A stretch of 64,000 bases of DNA from Trichosphaerium sp. ATCC 40318 (Eukaryota > Protista > Tubulinea). Both the position numbers and the translations under genes were made by a program. The stretch covers positions 124,001 through 188,000 of the forward strand of contig JALMLS010000017.1 of NCBI GenBank assembly GCA_038496445.1. Reading direction: 5' to 3'. The notes under the pieces are model-generated. The model ran no database searches. It was not told where the DNA came from and was given only the letters and a program-made list of their open reading frames with translations. Below are positions 1 to 14,200 of this stretch, piece by piece. Numbering within the stretch: position 1 is the stretch's first letter; every line of letters begins with the position of its first letter.

Positions 1-840
1 AAGAATGTGTTTGGTGATAGTCCTACACAAAATCCATGTGCATTAAATGATGGCTTGCCCCCTCGTGCGTTCAGAGTTTCGAAGTAGTATGGATCAGCGT
101 TGCACACTAACAACTTATCGTTTGGTTGAGACAAGCTAAATTCTTGAAGCTTTTGAGCGTAGTACACAAGGTACACTTTTCCATCTGTGACATCAACAAA
201 TTGGGGTTGCAACTGACAAAGATTTTAATGTACAATTGTACTTTGTTCAAAATGCGTACTTTCTTCAAAATGCGTACTTTCTTTTGGTTGTCTTGCTCAG
301 GATCTGCGATCGCCACGATGCAGGCCGCGCTGCGGTCTAGAGGAATCTTATACAAAACACTTCGTGAGTTGTAGTAACCAGAGAACACAAAGAGTATCTA
401 TAATTTCAGAATTAGGATCTGATTGTACTAATGAGCCACGTGACTATTTTTTTTTTGGAGGCCTTATTAAATGTTTTAAACTTACCTCGTCAGCGCTGGT
501 TACAGCAAGGCTTCTTATTTTCTTTACAACATCAGTTTTAGTTAAAGGAGTTTGGCCCGCTGTTGGTTCTTTTAGTTACCATTAATGGTGTTTAGTGCGT
601 ACCTGGGGATTCGATTGTTTCTGGTAAAACATCTTGTAGTTGGAAAACATTTAAACGGTCCTTGGGTATTTTAGCTTGTAAAGCTGTTTAATTTACCTTA
701 ATTGGTTGTTTTGTATCAGCGATAGCGCAAAACCACGAACTGACGCGTCTCACTCTTCCTAGAGACAAAATATCTAGAAAATCCACTATTTCATTGACAA
801 CATCTAATGGTAGTGTAGCAAAGGTCAATTGGTGTTGCAT
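1..840 (-). CDS. F-box protein, multi-exon, 3' end uncertain or outside the window
   Basis: ATG at 840 reads MQHQLTFATLPLDVVNEIVDFLDILSLGRVRRVSSWFCAIA (F-box pattern LPxE/D..I..FL..L..V...F); further exons bounded by GT-AG introns, including part of ORF 107..388. Confidence 0.65.
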
Positions 841-917
841 TTAACGTATTTGGTTTTGGTTTGACAATCCGCTCGTTATGGCTTAATTGTTTGGCATTTT
901 TTTTATCTAAAGCCAAC

Positions 918-1971
918 ATGCTCGCCCTCAGATCTTTCAGACGTGTAACCCCTTCATCCACGGTACTACCTTACAGCACGCATCGTGAGTTTATACTGTT
1001 ATAGAGAGTCGCTAGGACTGCACCTGTCCGCAGCTATTGCAAAGGTAGGTATCGCGTAGGAAACAGAGAATAACTAAAAAACACTGTAGCCACGAGAAAA
1101 AAGGTTTTCTTCGACATTGAAATCGCTAGGCAAAACGCTGGTCGCATTACATTTGAAGTACGTTTGATGACCAACAACTAAATGTTAACCCTTTCGCTTA
1201 GTTGGTACGTTTACTTTCGCTCTCTACACGCCACTAAATGACATAATTCAGTACGACGATATCGTACCAAAGACAGCAGAAAACTTTCGCGCTCTTTGCA
1301 CCGGTGAAAAAGGAAAAGCCCAAGGATTTGACTTATCTTACAAGGGCAGCAAGTTCCATCGTATTATTCCTCAATTCGTATCCTTAATCTACAAGTTACT
1401 AACGACACAGTGATTAAATTGATTATTTCTCTTTAATATTATCAAAGATGATCCAAGGAGGTGATTTTACGCGTGGAGATGGTACTGGTGGTCTTTCTGT
1501 ACGTTCTTTGTCATTTTTAATCAAACATTATCATTGTTCTTACTTTCCCTTAGATCTATGGCGCCAAATTCGCAGATGAGAACTTCAAGGCTAAGCACAC
1601 CAAACCAGGTTTGCTCTCTATGGCCAACGCTGGTCCAGGAAGTACGCAGTATTTATATTATGCAGTTTTTCTTTTTTTTCGTATTTTTTGAGATTTCTAT
1701 GAAGCTAATGTTGTTAACTCCTAGCCAACGGTTCTCAATTTTTCATCACCACTGTAAAAACACCATGGCTCGATGGCGCTCATGTAGTCTTCGGACAAGT
1801 AACTGAAGGTACTACTTAGTATTATTTTGGCTCCTTTTAGTTTCCTTCTACTGCAGTTTTTGCTAAACGGAGCTACAAGGAATGGACGTCCTAGAAAAAT
1901 TAGAAGCTCAAGGAACTGGTAGTGGCACCACAAAGACAGAATGCAAAATCAGCGACTGTGGTGAGTTGTAA
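918..1971 (+). CDS. Cyclophilin-type peptidyl-prolyl isomerase with mitochondrial-type presequence (CypD-like)
   Basis: Spliced: [10 protein letters not shown]... [40 protein letters not shown]...[24 protein letters not shown]...[28 protein letters not shown]...[25 protein letters not shown]...DCGEL*. Confidence 0.95.
1378..1447 (+). other. Candidate U12-type GT-AG intron (cyclophilin)
   Basis: Donor GTATCCTT; TCTTTAAT about 10 nt before AG. Confidence 0.6.
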
Positions 1972-2222
1972 GCTCTAGATGTCTATCGCAAAGCGATAAA
2001 AAAACAATAAACGCTTTCTATGCAAAAATAGTAGTAGCCTTGTATTGCTACAGGTTTGCTCATCGCGCTTGCGACCAGAATCACTCTGCTGTAAGCGTGA
2101 TAGCCTACGCAACTACCCATACCTTATGACGCATACCCTTTCTGCACATTTCGTGTCACCTCATAGTTTTGTGTACACAAAACGTACAAACCAAAGAACG
2201 TAACAACGTCTCTTTGCGCAAA

Positions 2223-5200
2223 ATGGCGTCCAAAGACCGCGATCATTGGATCGCTATACAAAAAAGAGTAAGGATTGTTTTCAGACTGATGACCCGTTCA
2301 GTCGTTATTAAAACCACTTTAAATTGTATTTACGTTAAGAATTAGACGTTTACAGCATGGGTAAACGAGCAAATAAAATCACGAGACGTTCAAATATCGG
2401 ACCTATACGAGGACATTCACAATGGCGTCTATTTGATATTCCTGGCTGAGAGTGTCACTAGTGAGTTTTTGAACCAAAACAAAAAAATGGATCAGATCTT
2501 TATTTAACGCCATTAGAAACTGAGTTTAAGCGTCGGTACTCTAAAAACCCGCGAATGAGGTAAGAAAATAATATACACGTGAAAAAGGAGTCTCCTTTCT
2601 CACTCGTTGTTTGACAAAGAGTGCACAAGATGGAAAATGTTAGTATGGCGTTGTCTTTCCTCAAGCTAGACGGTGTTGTGTTCGTCGCAATTGGACCTGA
2701 AGGTACACATTACCTCGTCTACAGCAGTCACTGCACAGTGCTTAAAATGGCTCACTCGCGCGTAGATATCGTAGACAAGCATGAGAAATTGATATTAGGT
2801 CTAATATGGACTCTTATTGCTAAATATCAGGTATCTTCTGGTGTAGGATCAAAAGATGCTCTGATGGAGTGGATACAAAGTAAAATCCCACAAAAAAATG
2901 TAAAGAATTACACATCAAGGTACACAAAGGTTTTCTTGCATTAACTGATTTGGTAAAATAGTTGGCGTGATGGCACTGCTATATGTGATCTTGTTAATGC
3001 GCTTGAACCAGGAACCATAAAAGATTCAGAAATAAAACACGTGCGTCGAAGATTTTATCATGTGACACAAGTTTGTAATATTTTAAATTAGAATGCTCCA
3101 TTAAAAAATGCTGAACTTGGTATTAATGCTGCTGCATCTTTGGGTATACCAAAGATCTTACAACCAGAAGATATGATCGCAGATGACGCTGTACACCTTT
3201 TTTGTTCAAGCAAAGAACTTGACACTTATGATTATCCGTAGGACGAACTAAGCGTTGTCACTTACTTATCGTACTTTCCACAGTACAAACCTATAGATAT
3301 TGACGCGTCAAAATGCGTTGCGAGCGGTCCTGGATTATTGAATGCAGATGTTTCAAAGCCAAACGATTTCACTGTTACTGCTGTGGATAGGTATTATTCT
3401 CTTTGTTTAGCTTTGGTTACTAATCCAAAATAGCCAAGGGAATAAAGTAGACTGTTCTAGTTCTCCTTTCCATGTTAAAATAAGTGGACCTTCACCAGCC
3501 TCGCACAAGGTAGTACCTACCTCGGGTAAGGGTGACTTCAAAGTCTCTTGGGTACCTAAAAAGGCTGGAGTATACGAGGTACCCTTAAAGTTACTACGTA
3601 TTTCTAAATTGAGTAGCTTGATATATCGCTGAGTGATGGAAAACGCGTCGGCTCTAGTCCTTATTCTGTAGAAGCTGTAGGGAGGTAATTATAGTATTTA
3701 ACTTTAATTCATTTACCAATTTGTTTCAAGTGGTAATGCTTCACCTGGATCCCTACGTGTGAGACACTGGAAAACTTTTCGTGTTCACTACATACCTTTC
3801 AGTGATGGAATGTCATTTGGGGACTTTTGGAGTTCACTTAGCAATAGCCCTAATTTCAAGAATGTGCAATCAGTTCATTTTACTAAAGAGGTGATTACTT
3901 GGTTATCTACTTTATTGTGACTAAATCTATAAGGGTAAACGGATGCGTATAAATGATGACACAAATCTAAAAGCTGCATCCGAATCAGGGGGCATCCTTG
4001 AAGCTTCAGATACCGAAAAGGGTACACTGTAAATACTTCACAGCAAACTCATATTTGTGTAGATTTTGGAATATTTACAGAATCACTACCATCTGGCGAG
4101 CCACGTTATCACGTGATTTTTATGCATGGTCTCGAACCACATCGAAGCACATGGGTTTCTCCAGAGGTACTAACGCAATGAGACATCTAAATGATCAAAA
4201 TAACACTGCATAGGGCGTTTTCTGGTCTGGAAAATGGCTTGGTGCTGATTTGAAGAATAGTCATGTTCTGTCGTTCCGTTACAATGCTTCTGCCTATAGA
4301 ACGTTTTGGTCTCTTTTCTACCAACTGAAATTCGCAATGGTAGAGATACAAAGAATGAACCTAAAGAAGCCAATAGTATTTTGTGGTAAGTGCTTTTTCC
4401 GCAACCTAAAATCAAGTTTAACGTACTGTTAAGTTCATGGCCTTGGAGGAATTCTGCTGAAATGGCTCTTGTACAGTTACCCTAGATTACGTGCTCAAAC
4501 TAGAGGCAAGCCACTTCGGATTTAAAACATTGACTAACATTTGCAAAGGTGTTGTATTCTTTTCTTGTCCATGGAGACAAGTTCAATGGAGGAACTTTTA
4601 TAATATTTATGGTATTGAACTACCTAAATATTTTGGAATGCTAGCCAGATTTGTTAACAATAAGTACAATGGATTCGGCATTCCTTCGCTTTGTTTTGGT
4701 GCTCAATACCAATTAAAGGCACGTGTATTGTCAATGTTACCTTGTTTCTATCTAACTAGTACAGGGTTGTGACGTTGTGCCTCTTGAAGCTTCCGGTAAA
4801 GTTACCCCATGGGGCCTAGTACAATGGCACCCTGTTGCTAGAGATCACAGCACAATTGTGCGGCCAACTCGTGAAGATTTTCTTCCTTATAAACGCACTG
4901 TGCAATGGATCAAAGGGTTGTGTACGTACTTTTTTACATAAAGAAAATGATAACAAGCTAAAGTCACTTAGATGAACCTGGACGTATTAATCCATGGTAC
5001 TCTTGTAAAGGCAAGTATAGGTATTCTCATTGATGATCTAACACGTGGGTTATAGGATCTCCAAAAATCGATTTTGTGTTCGTACCTGGCTTGTGTCGTG
5101 ACGTAAACGGCGTATGGGGTATTAGAGGAAATCCAAGTAAAAGTTGGGCATTGGTACTAGAAGCATACACCAGTATTGATTCTGATTACCTTTTTAGTCG

Positions 5201-8200
5201 TGGATGGTACCAGAGTTTAAACGAAGACTCGGAAGCGATTGTGTGAATGTATGGCGCTACGATTGTGACTGGAAACTACTTGAGAATACAGGTGGTATTC
5301 GTGCCATAGCATCAAAGTACATATACAGTTTGTATTATTGTCTTCATACTAATTCTAGTATCAAGCATTGCCAGCGCTTTTGCAGAGAACGGTATTGCCT
5401 CAAAGAGGCCCGTGGTATTATTAGGTCATGGTATTGGCGGCTTACCTTTGAGGCACTTGTTATTGTCGAGTTGGCCTATCCGCAGAAGAACATCCAGGGC
5501 TGTATTCTTTGGATGTCCTCACCGTGCAGGCGGTATTGATTGGGGCGCTGTACTATCAGGATTTGGGGTTAACCCATCTCCAGATGCAGTAAGAGAACTG
5601 GGAGAGTACACTGCATCACTACAAAACTCCTTTGATAGACTCTCGCTCCCTACTCTCAATTTTATTCCTGCTCAAGCAGAATCTGTACGGATGCAAACCT
5701 CATCATGTCATCTCACGCAATTGTAGTTCCCTGTGGGATGTTTCGTCCCTACACGTCGATTTACTGAAGTAATGAAGATACCAGACAGCGACTATAATAC
5801 AGTAGGTCAATTTCCAAGTGAATCGGATAGAGGATACAAGAAATTAATAGGATTCTTGGGATTGGGTAATATTACTATCTTGTCAATGTGTTATTTATTG
5901 TACTGTTAAGGTCCTTGGAACTACTTATACTCAATACAAACCAGAGATGGTCCTTTTGGCGAATATAATTACTTCCCTTGGCACAAGGTAACACTATTTG
6001 CTGAAACTATAATGGAGATTTTGTCACCAAGTCAACTTACTTTAACTTTAAGGTTTTTGACTTTGAGGGAGTGAAATTTAGATTGTTTCCAGCTCCACGC
6101 GGTTATAGATCATCTGCATTTGGCTTAAGTATTATGGATCCTAATGGATCCGGTCACATTCGTCCAGAAGATCTTGATATTGGTGTTGTGAAAGGAAACG
6201 AAATGGATTGCGAATTTTCTCCTTTACCTGGTTTTTCTGTACCATCTTTCGTTGCTACCTTATATCCTAAATCCTCAGGTACTCCTATAAATGAAACATG
6301 TTGGATAAAGTATTTTACTCATGTTATAAAAGGAGAGTATGACGTGAACCTAAGTTACAAGGGTAAACCACTTTTACCTCAACCAATCAAGATTGTGGCA
6401 TACAGTACGTCTTTAGTTAACAATACAATACAACTAATAAAAATTAGCCATCGATCCAGAGAAATGCACGATGAGTGGAAAAGGTTTAGACTATCCATGT
6501 GCTGGAGAACCTTCAAATGTTACTATTGGTTTGAAAGATTCCAATGGATTAAGTGTTGCTGTCGGTGGTGCTACGATTGACACTGACTACGAATCTCCAC
6601 TTGGGTCATTACCAACGCAAGTTACAGATAAGAAAGATGGAGAATACACTGTTTCTTTCACTCCTGAACATGGATACAATAGCCTGGGTGCTAGTATACA
6701 GAATAGTGAGCTTCCAAGCACACCAAAAAAGATTTTTGCAGAGGTAAATAGACAAACTTGTTTGAGGCTTGACTTAATTTTTTTCAGATGAAATCTAATG
6801 TTCCTGATATGCCACACCGACGGAATGTACCAAATAGGTTTACACTACAAAACGCACAAGGCTATGTGGTACCAGGATTACAACCAAAAGACTTCGATGT
6901 TGAGGTTTATGGTCCTATGAACACACCAAAAGCAACTTCATTCAATGGTTCGTAATGTCCACAGTTACAATAATACTCATAAAACGCAGGTACGGTTGAA
7001 CCATGTCCTGAACTTGAGGGTGTATATCAAGGTACGTAACTGTAAGTTATAGCTATCACGTGATTTTAACACGTGCCAAGCCGATTTCTCACCTCAGTAC
7101 CCTGGTGTTTACAAAGTAGTCCCAAAACACAAAGGACATGCAGTGCTATCGTCTCCACTTTATGCTAACGTTTTCGCACGTACGTCTTTACTACGTTTTC
7201 TCTCTATAAGATGACATTCTTTCGCAGTACCTGTTGCAAGTGGTGATGGAGACGCAACGAGTAATCCTTTGGAATGGCAGAAGGGTGTTATGGGCGCATC
7301 TCCTTCAGGTGATGTTGACCTTACAAAGAAGCCAAATATGAAGCTTTGGAGCAGAGGAGATCCTCTACAGTGCGGACGTGTCAAAATGCCTAAATACATA
7401 TCCTGTTCCTGCTCGGATGGTAGTGGTAATCCTATCTCTGGAAATGTATCTCTAGTATCTCAAGAGCCAACACAATCTGAGGGTACCTAATACTTGAACT
7501 TAGCACTCCTAACTTTGGTATTGTAGTTACTGCTGCGGAAGTCTCCCCTGGGCTTTACACCGTGCCATTTATACCTTGTGCTGAGGGTAGTCATCCATTA
7601 TACGCTACTTTCCAAGGTGTACCAGTTAACAGCGAACCAATAACACTAGCTGCATCAGCACGTGCGTATACAACTTAATCTATGATTGGTAACCACGTAT
7701 TTTAGCATCAGAACCTTCTCTTTGTAGTGCTGTACCAAAACATCAGAACAAAATGCAATGCTTCACATTTACACCTGAAGGCGTGCCACAAAGGTTATAT
7801 CTTAGTTTGTAATTTCTAGAAGTGACCTTGAATAGGTTTGGTGGGGAGAATATAGCTGTTTTAGCTACTGATCCAAGAGGAGATGTTGTACCATGTTCTG
7901 TTGAGGTAACTTTTTGTTCACTTATTACTTTACGTAACAATGTCTAGGATAAAGGGGATGGCACTTATGATGTGACGTTCGAACCTACAAGTGCTGAGCC
8001 GCTTACTGCTGATGTTCTCGTTGGAGGAAAACCTCTTTCTGCACCTGTAGAGATTCAAGCATTCCCTACTTCAGAAGGTTTGTACCCACCAAATGATTCA
8101 AGTTAAGAGCTTTTTCTAAACAATATGATTCTAGGAAGCCCAGAAGTATTTGAGAGAAGCAATAACATACCTGATAGTAGAGAAGCTTGTTATGGATCAA

Positions 8201-11200
8201 ATGTCGGAGCACCTGATGTTCCAGAAACAGAAGAGCCACATGGAGCTTTATTTCCTAGTGATAAGCCAGATAATGATCGCAATATTGGTAAACTAAGACG
8301 TAGAAATCCTAAATCAGGGTCTGGTGCTAAGCCACAAAGAACCGTTGGAAAGTTAAAACCAAGGTACTTCCATACATTGAGTACAAAAAAACTAACTGTC
8401 TTTTTTCCGTAGAAAAGCGAAGGCTGGCGTTGAACCATACCACCCTGGACAATTTGCACTTACTGACCCACAAGGTGTACCTTGTGTTGTTGATCCATCT
8501 GAATTGGTTCCTGTAATATCTGGAGTTGATAATCCAAGAGGTAAAAGTGTTTTATCTATCATTCATAATTGTATTCTTATGCGAAGCAAAGGTGAGGTTT
8601 ACGAAGTTGAACCTGATTCTGGTGTATACGGTGTGAAGTTCCATCCTCGAACTGCAGGGGACTATAATATCCAAGTAGAACGAGCTGGAGAACCTATTTT
8701 GCTTAAACCAATCAAAGCAAAAGTGTCATGCTGTAAGTTTTTTGAATTCTTTGACCATTTCCTAACACGTGTCTTTAGTACCTCGAAAGCTCGGTGGTAA
8801 CTCGAGAAGAGTCAAAGATTCTCCGATAGCTATTGTATGGAGTCGTGGTGACGGATTAAATGCTTGTCCTAGTGATAAAGAATACAAAGTTGGCATAACT
8901 CTTGAGAATCCTATTGAGGATGTACCTGAAAATGATGTTAAAGTATTTTTGTTTGGTTCAGGAACAGACGAAGGTACTTGATAGATTTCTTTCTTACTTT
9001 TCATCCAACAATAAAATTGTGTAAGTTAACACGTGGTCATAGTCGACATGTCAAAGTGTCCAGATGGCTCTTTTGCTGGTAAATTCTCTCCAAAACAACC
9101 AGAAGAAGTTAGTATGGATGTCATGGTTGGTGGAGAGCCATTGTTTAGTGATCCGGAGGAGCTTACTTTTACACCACGTACAAACACTCTAAGCAATAGT
9201 GGCGTTATTAACAGGATTTGTAGCTTTAAGCTCTGATAAGTCAGGACTTAAAGGAAGCATACCTGCAGCTTTCGTTGGATCACCTGTTACACTACAAGTA
9301 GCTGCACGTGATGACGCAGGCAAACCTATTCGAAGAGGTGGACATGATATTGTACCAGTGGTGTCTGTTGGTGGCGCAAGAGTTCCAGTTGAAGTAAAGG
9401 TATGTATTAAGACTTGGAAAGCCATCTTTTAACCTAGCAAATACAGGACAATGGTGATGGCACTTATGATTGCACTTTCACGCCTACACGACCTGGTACA
9501 TGTTCTGCTAATGTTGTAAGCAATGGAAAACCACTTAAAGGATTCCCAACGGAGATTCCAGTTACAGGAGAACCAAGCGACTATGCATCAACAGGTATAC
9601 ATTTTTGATTTCTTGGAGCGATTAGATTGTTGACTCATGTTTGTTTAGAGCCTGTCGTGTTCGAAAAGGCAGATGCTCCTTTGGGGAAAACAACAGCACC
9701 TCCTAAAAGGTCTAAGGCAAGAATCATTGCTGACGGTCCAGGAAAACTTCACCCAGGTCAATTCGTCCTGCAAGATGCTGATGGAAATCCACTATCTTTA
9801 CCGAGTTCCATGTTTGATGTAGATGTAAATGGTCCGGGCACTCCTGAAGCTACAGTAAAAGAAACTGAGCCTGGAAGTGGAGTATACAATGTTAACTTTA
9901 ATCCTGACAAACCTGGAGAGTATCTGATAAAGGTTAAAGATAAGGGAGGTAATCCTATACTACCTCAACCAATACTTGTCAATACAGAGCCAAGTACGTC
10001 AATCACTTGCTCAATTTTTCTGCTGTATTTCATTATGTGTGTTAACGGTTTCACTCCCAAGTTGATTCTCCTGAGACGTTCTCTATTAAACCTAAGCTAT
10101 TCACTTGGCGCAAAGGAAGCGATGATCCTTCAGGTCACTTAAATACACCTACAGATGTTGGATTATCTGTACAAGACCCTGTAACAGGAGAAATGATACC
10201 TTGTGATACAATACCTCGTTTAGAAGTTAGAGATGCTGAAGAACCAGGTATCAATCGTTGGATTGTTTTTTTACTTTATCTTATTGGTTCTTTTTTAAGT
10301 CACTGTTTACAACAATCCCGATGGCTCTCGTACTGTATCATTTACACCTCAAACTGAAGCACCACATAATTTATCATTTGAAGATGACAACGGCAAATCA
10401 CCACGTGCACCTCTAAAAATACCAGTTCTTAAAGGTGATAATGAGTGACTTACTGTTCAGCAGAAATATCTTACTAGTATTTAGAAACTGCTCCATCTCA
10501 ATGCGCCGTATCTGGTCCTGGAGTATCTGACGCTAAAGTCGGATCTCCAAACACATTTAAGGTCGTTGCTAAAGACAACAATGGCAATCCGCAAACAGGT
10601 GGTTGTGATCCACTTTCTGTAGCTGTAGTTGATGAAGACGGTAATCTTGTACCAGTATCTATTGATGTACGACGTATTAATTACTCTCCCGTACATGACT
10701 TCAACGTAGGATAATGGTGACGGAACCTACGATGTTTCTTACGTACCTCAAATACCAGGGAATGTGGCTATTCATGCTGGAATCGGTGACAAACCAATAA
10801 GAGGATTCCCTAAAACAGTAAAAGCAGATGGAACACCTGGTGCGTTAGTTGCTGCACCGTATAGTTACTCACATTATTTTTAGTGAGTGGGTCGAAGCCT
10901 ATTGTATCTAGACCAATAGGAAAGCTTACATTGGATCAAATGGCTCCTTTCAGAGCAACTCCAAAAGACAACCCATCAGCTAAAAAGAAGTCCAAGCCAA
11001 AAAATGTCAAAAAACCTGTAGAGTATTCTTCAAAACCAAAACCTCGGCCAAGTGGCGGGTTCAGTACAGGCCCTCAGAGCTCAGGATATGGTAATCCAGA
11101 ACCAAGAAGACGATCTCGTCGTGGTTCCGTATCAGCAGCTTACAAAGATGCGCAACCTCTTAAAAAACAACCTCCAAAGCCAGTTGGTCGTATACTGACA

Positions 11201-14200
11201 ACAAAACCAGATGGTACTTGAAAAAAATACCTCAGTGGTTTTTTTGACTGCTACTAGCTGCCCATCCAGGACAATTCGTTCTTAGAGATAACAAGGGTAA
11301 TCCGTTGACAGATGTACCTTCTGACGCACTAGATGTTCGTATTGCTGGACCAGATGCACCTGAAGGGCGAGTTGAAGAAGTTTCTCCTGGAGTATATGGT
11401 GTTAAGTTCAATCCTGAGGAACCTGGTGAATACACAGTAGATATCAATAAGGATGGTAAACCAATACTGAGTTGTCCAATACTTGCTTCTGTTCGTGTTG
11501 GTACGTATTTAAAGCTCAAAGTTTATTTTCTTTAAATATTCTCATTATTTCGCTTAGCACCAGCTGCACTTGGAGGAAAACCACATGACCCAAAGTCTTC
11601 ACCAAAAGTCTTTGTATGGCGTAGGGGAGATCCACACGCTGAAAACCCAGCTCAGATAGGCGTAAGTCTCGAGGATCCAAAGAGAGGAACTATGCCAGTA
11701 AACAACTTGGCCGCGAACATCCAGCCGAAATTCGCACAAGAAACGCCAAGAGGTACGTTATTAGTTTCTCCATTTGAGGCCCAGTGCTAATCGTTCGTTT
11801 AGCGAATGTTAAAAAGAACGATGATGGCTCTCATTGCATGTCTTTCATTCCTAAAGATGTAGAACCACATGATCTTAATATAATGTGTAATGGTGTACCT
11901 CTTTCAGATCCTGTTGAGATTAAAGTAGTTCCAGGTAAACAAAAAAAATCAGTCAAAAGACTTCTGGAGTTTTTTAGTCTAACATCATTACTTTATAGAG
12001 TCTGATCCTACAAAGTCTTCAGTGGCTGGTCCAGGACTCAATTCTGCTACTACTGGTGTTCCAAATAAGTTTGAGATTAAGACCAAGGATAGCGATGGTT
12101 GGCCACAGATGACAGGAGGTGATCCTCTTTCTGTTAGTGTTAAAACACCAAGTGGGAAATCTCTTCCAGTTTCAGTTCGTGATAATGATGATGGAACATA
12201 CAGTGTTGAATATACACCAACTGAACCTGGTCCTCACGAGATCCAAGCTAAACTAAAAGATAAGGCACTTCCTGGCACACCAGCAACTGTTCATGTCAAT
12301 GGTATGCCAGTAGATAAACCGAACACTGCTCGTATCTCTGAAGAACCATCCAACTTTTCGAAAATGGTAAAACCAAGCAACAACCAAACATCAAGCTATG
12401 GTACTCCACAATCGTCATATGGATCACCTAAGACGAGAGAAGTATCGAATCCAGAGCCAAAAACTTCATCAAAACCTTCTGGACGGTCAATTGGATCTGT
12501 TCTACCTGCGTTAGGATCCAGTATCAAACCCAAGGCTTCCAAGTCTGGCTTCAAAATGCCTGATCCTGTACGTTACGCCAACTTCTTCGATTTTATAGAT
12601 CCTAACATTTTACTCACAGAGCAATCCTCCTAAAGAAGGTGAGATGATAAATATGTTGGCTGACGCCATGGATATCTTAAAGAAGAAGCCAAACACCTCC
12701 GACAAGGCGGAATGTGATGTACGGTTTTTTCTTAAAACAAACAGCCAAGATTTCAATGAGAATAGTGTTAACAATGTTTGATAAGGATATTAATGAGATG
12801 ATGGATAAAGTAAAGGACCTCGCTGAGAATGTATCCAAGTTGACTTCAGTACCATTTAAAGATATCGTACAACTTGATGAAGATGGTCTTCGCAAGTTTA
12901 TCGCAAACCTAATCCTTGCAATCGTATGTAACGACCTTCTTAATTTTTTCTCGATGTCTCAATCTAAATACACTTCTAGATTTTGTTTTTGGAACTCGTT
13001 AAAGACAACATGCCGTTTATCATGGATGACAATATTCGTATAGAGATACGAAATGAGTGTCAGACATTAGTTGGGAAATGTATCTTACTATTGAAGCTCT
13101 TTATGAAACTGAGGTAAAACAGAACTTTCTCAATGCAGTTTAGACTAAAATGAGGTTCTAACACTTCACATAGCCCACTAAGTCCAACTGAGCGTCTGAA
13201 GCATGCAGACGAATTCGATAAAATCCTAATGGGTAACTTTAAAAAAACGTTTTTAGTGTCATCCCTTTGTACTTACTTCAATTAGGTATCAACTACAGTA
13301 TCGTTGTTATTTGTGAGATGATGCAAACATACATTGTGAAACTTATATACTTGTACAAACTCGTTCCAGGATTCAATGCAAATGGAGATCCATACGAACT
13401 TGTTCGTATACTGATACAAAAGATGAAGTCCCAAATGCAATCAAAATCATCCAAAGAGCAGCTAAAGAAATTCTGTGATCCACATCCTCACCCTGTGGAC
13501 TACCAAATAGGTACATAAACCCAACCTCTACGTCCATAAATCTCACGTGAGTTTTTTTTAAATTATAGCTGTTGATACACTTGTCTTTTTGATGAAGAAA
13601 GTCATTATGGTTATTCAAAAACCTGGTAATTTCGACTACATAACATTCCTCAGTGAGTTGGCAGTGTTCTTTAGATACATCAAGGTAGTACTATACACTT
13701 TATTTGTTACAGAAGAGAAGCGAAAGGTTTGTAACTTGTGGTTCCTTTTCATACAAAAGCTAACAGTATTTCATCTTCAGGAGCCTCTAGATATTGCACT
13801 AAGAGCAGTTGATGCTGGTGGAAGCTATGTTCTACATCTTATCCGCAACAACTCAAGTAGTGCACAAAAATCAATCCGACAATTTGCTTCGTACATCCAA
13901 CAGCTTAATAAATTTCTTGGAGAACTCAATGTATCCAAGAGCAAATTATATCTTCAAGGTAACACCACACGTGACCAACCTTCCAATAATTATTAACATT
14001 CACTTATAGCACCACCTTCCATGCGTCTTGGTTCAAGTACATTGATAAGCGTAACAAGTAAAGACTTAGAAGGAAAACCAGTACCTCTTGACATTTCACT
14101 GCTAAAGTGTCGCATCACAGATCCATCGTATGTTTTTCTGGTTTCCTCCTTTCAACGCTTAAGTTATTTTTAGAGGGAATACAGATGTTGTAAAAGCCAA

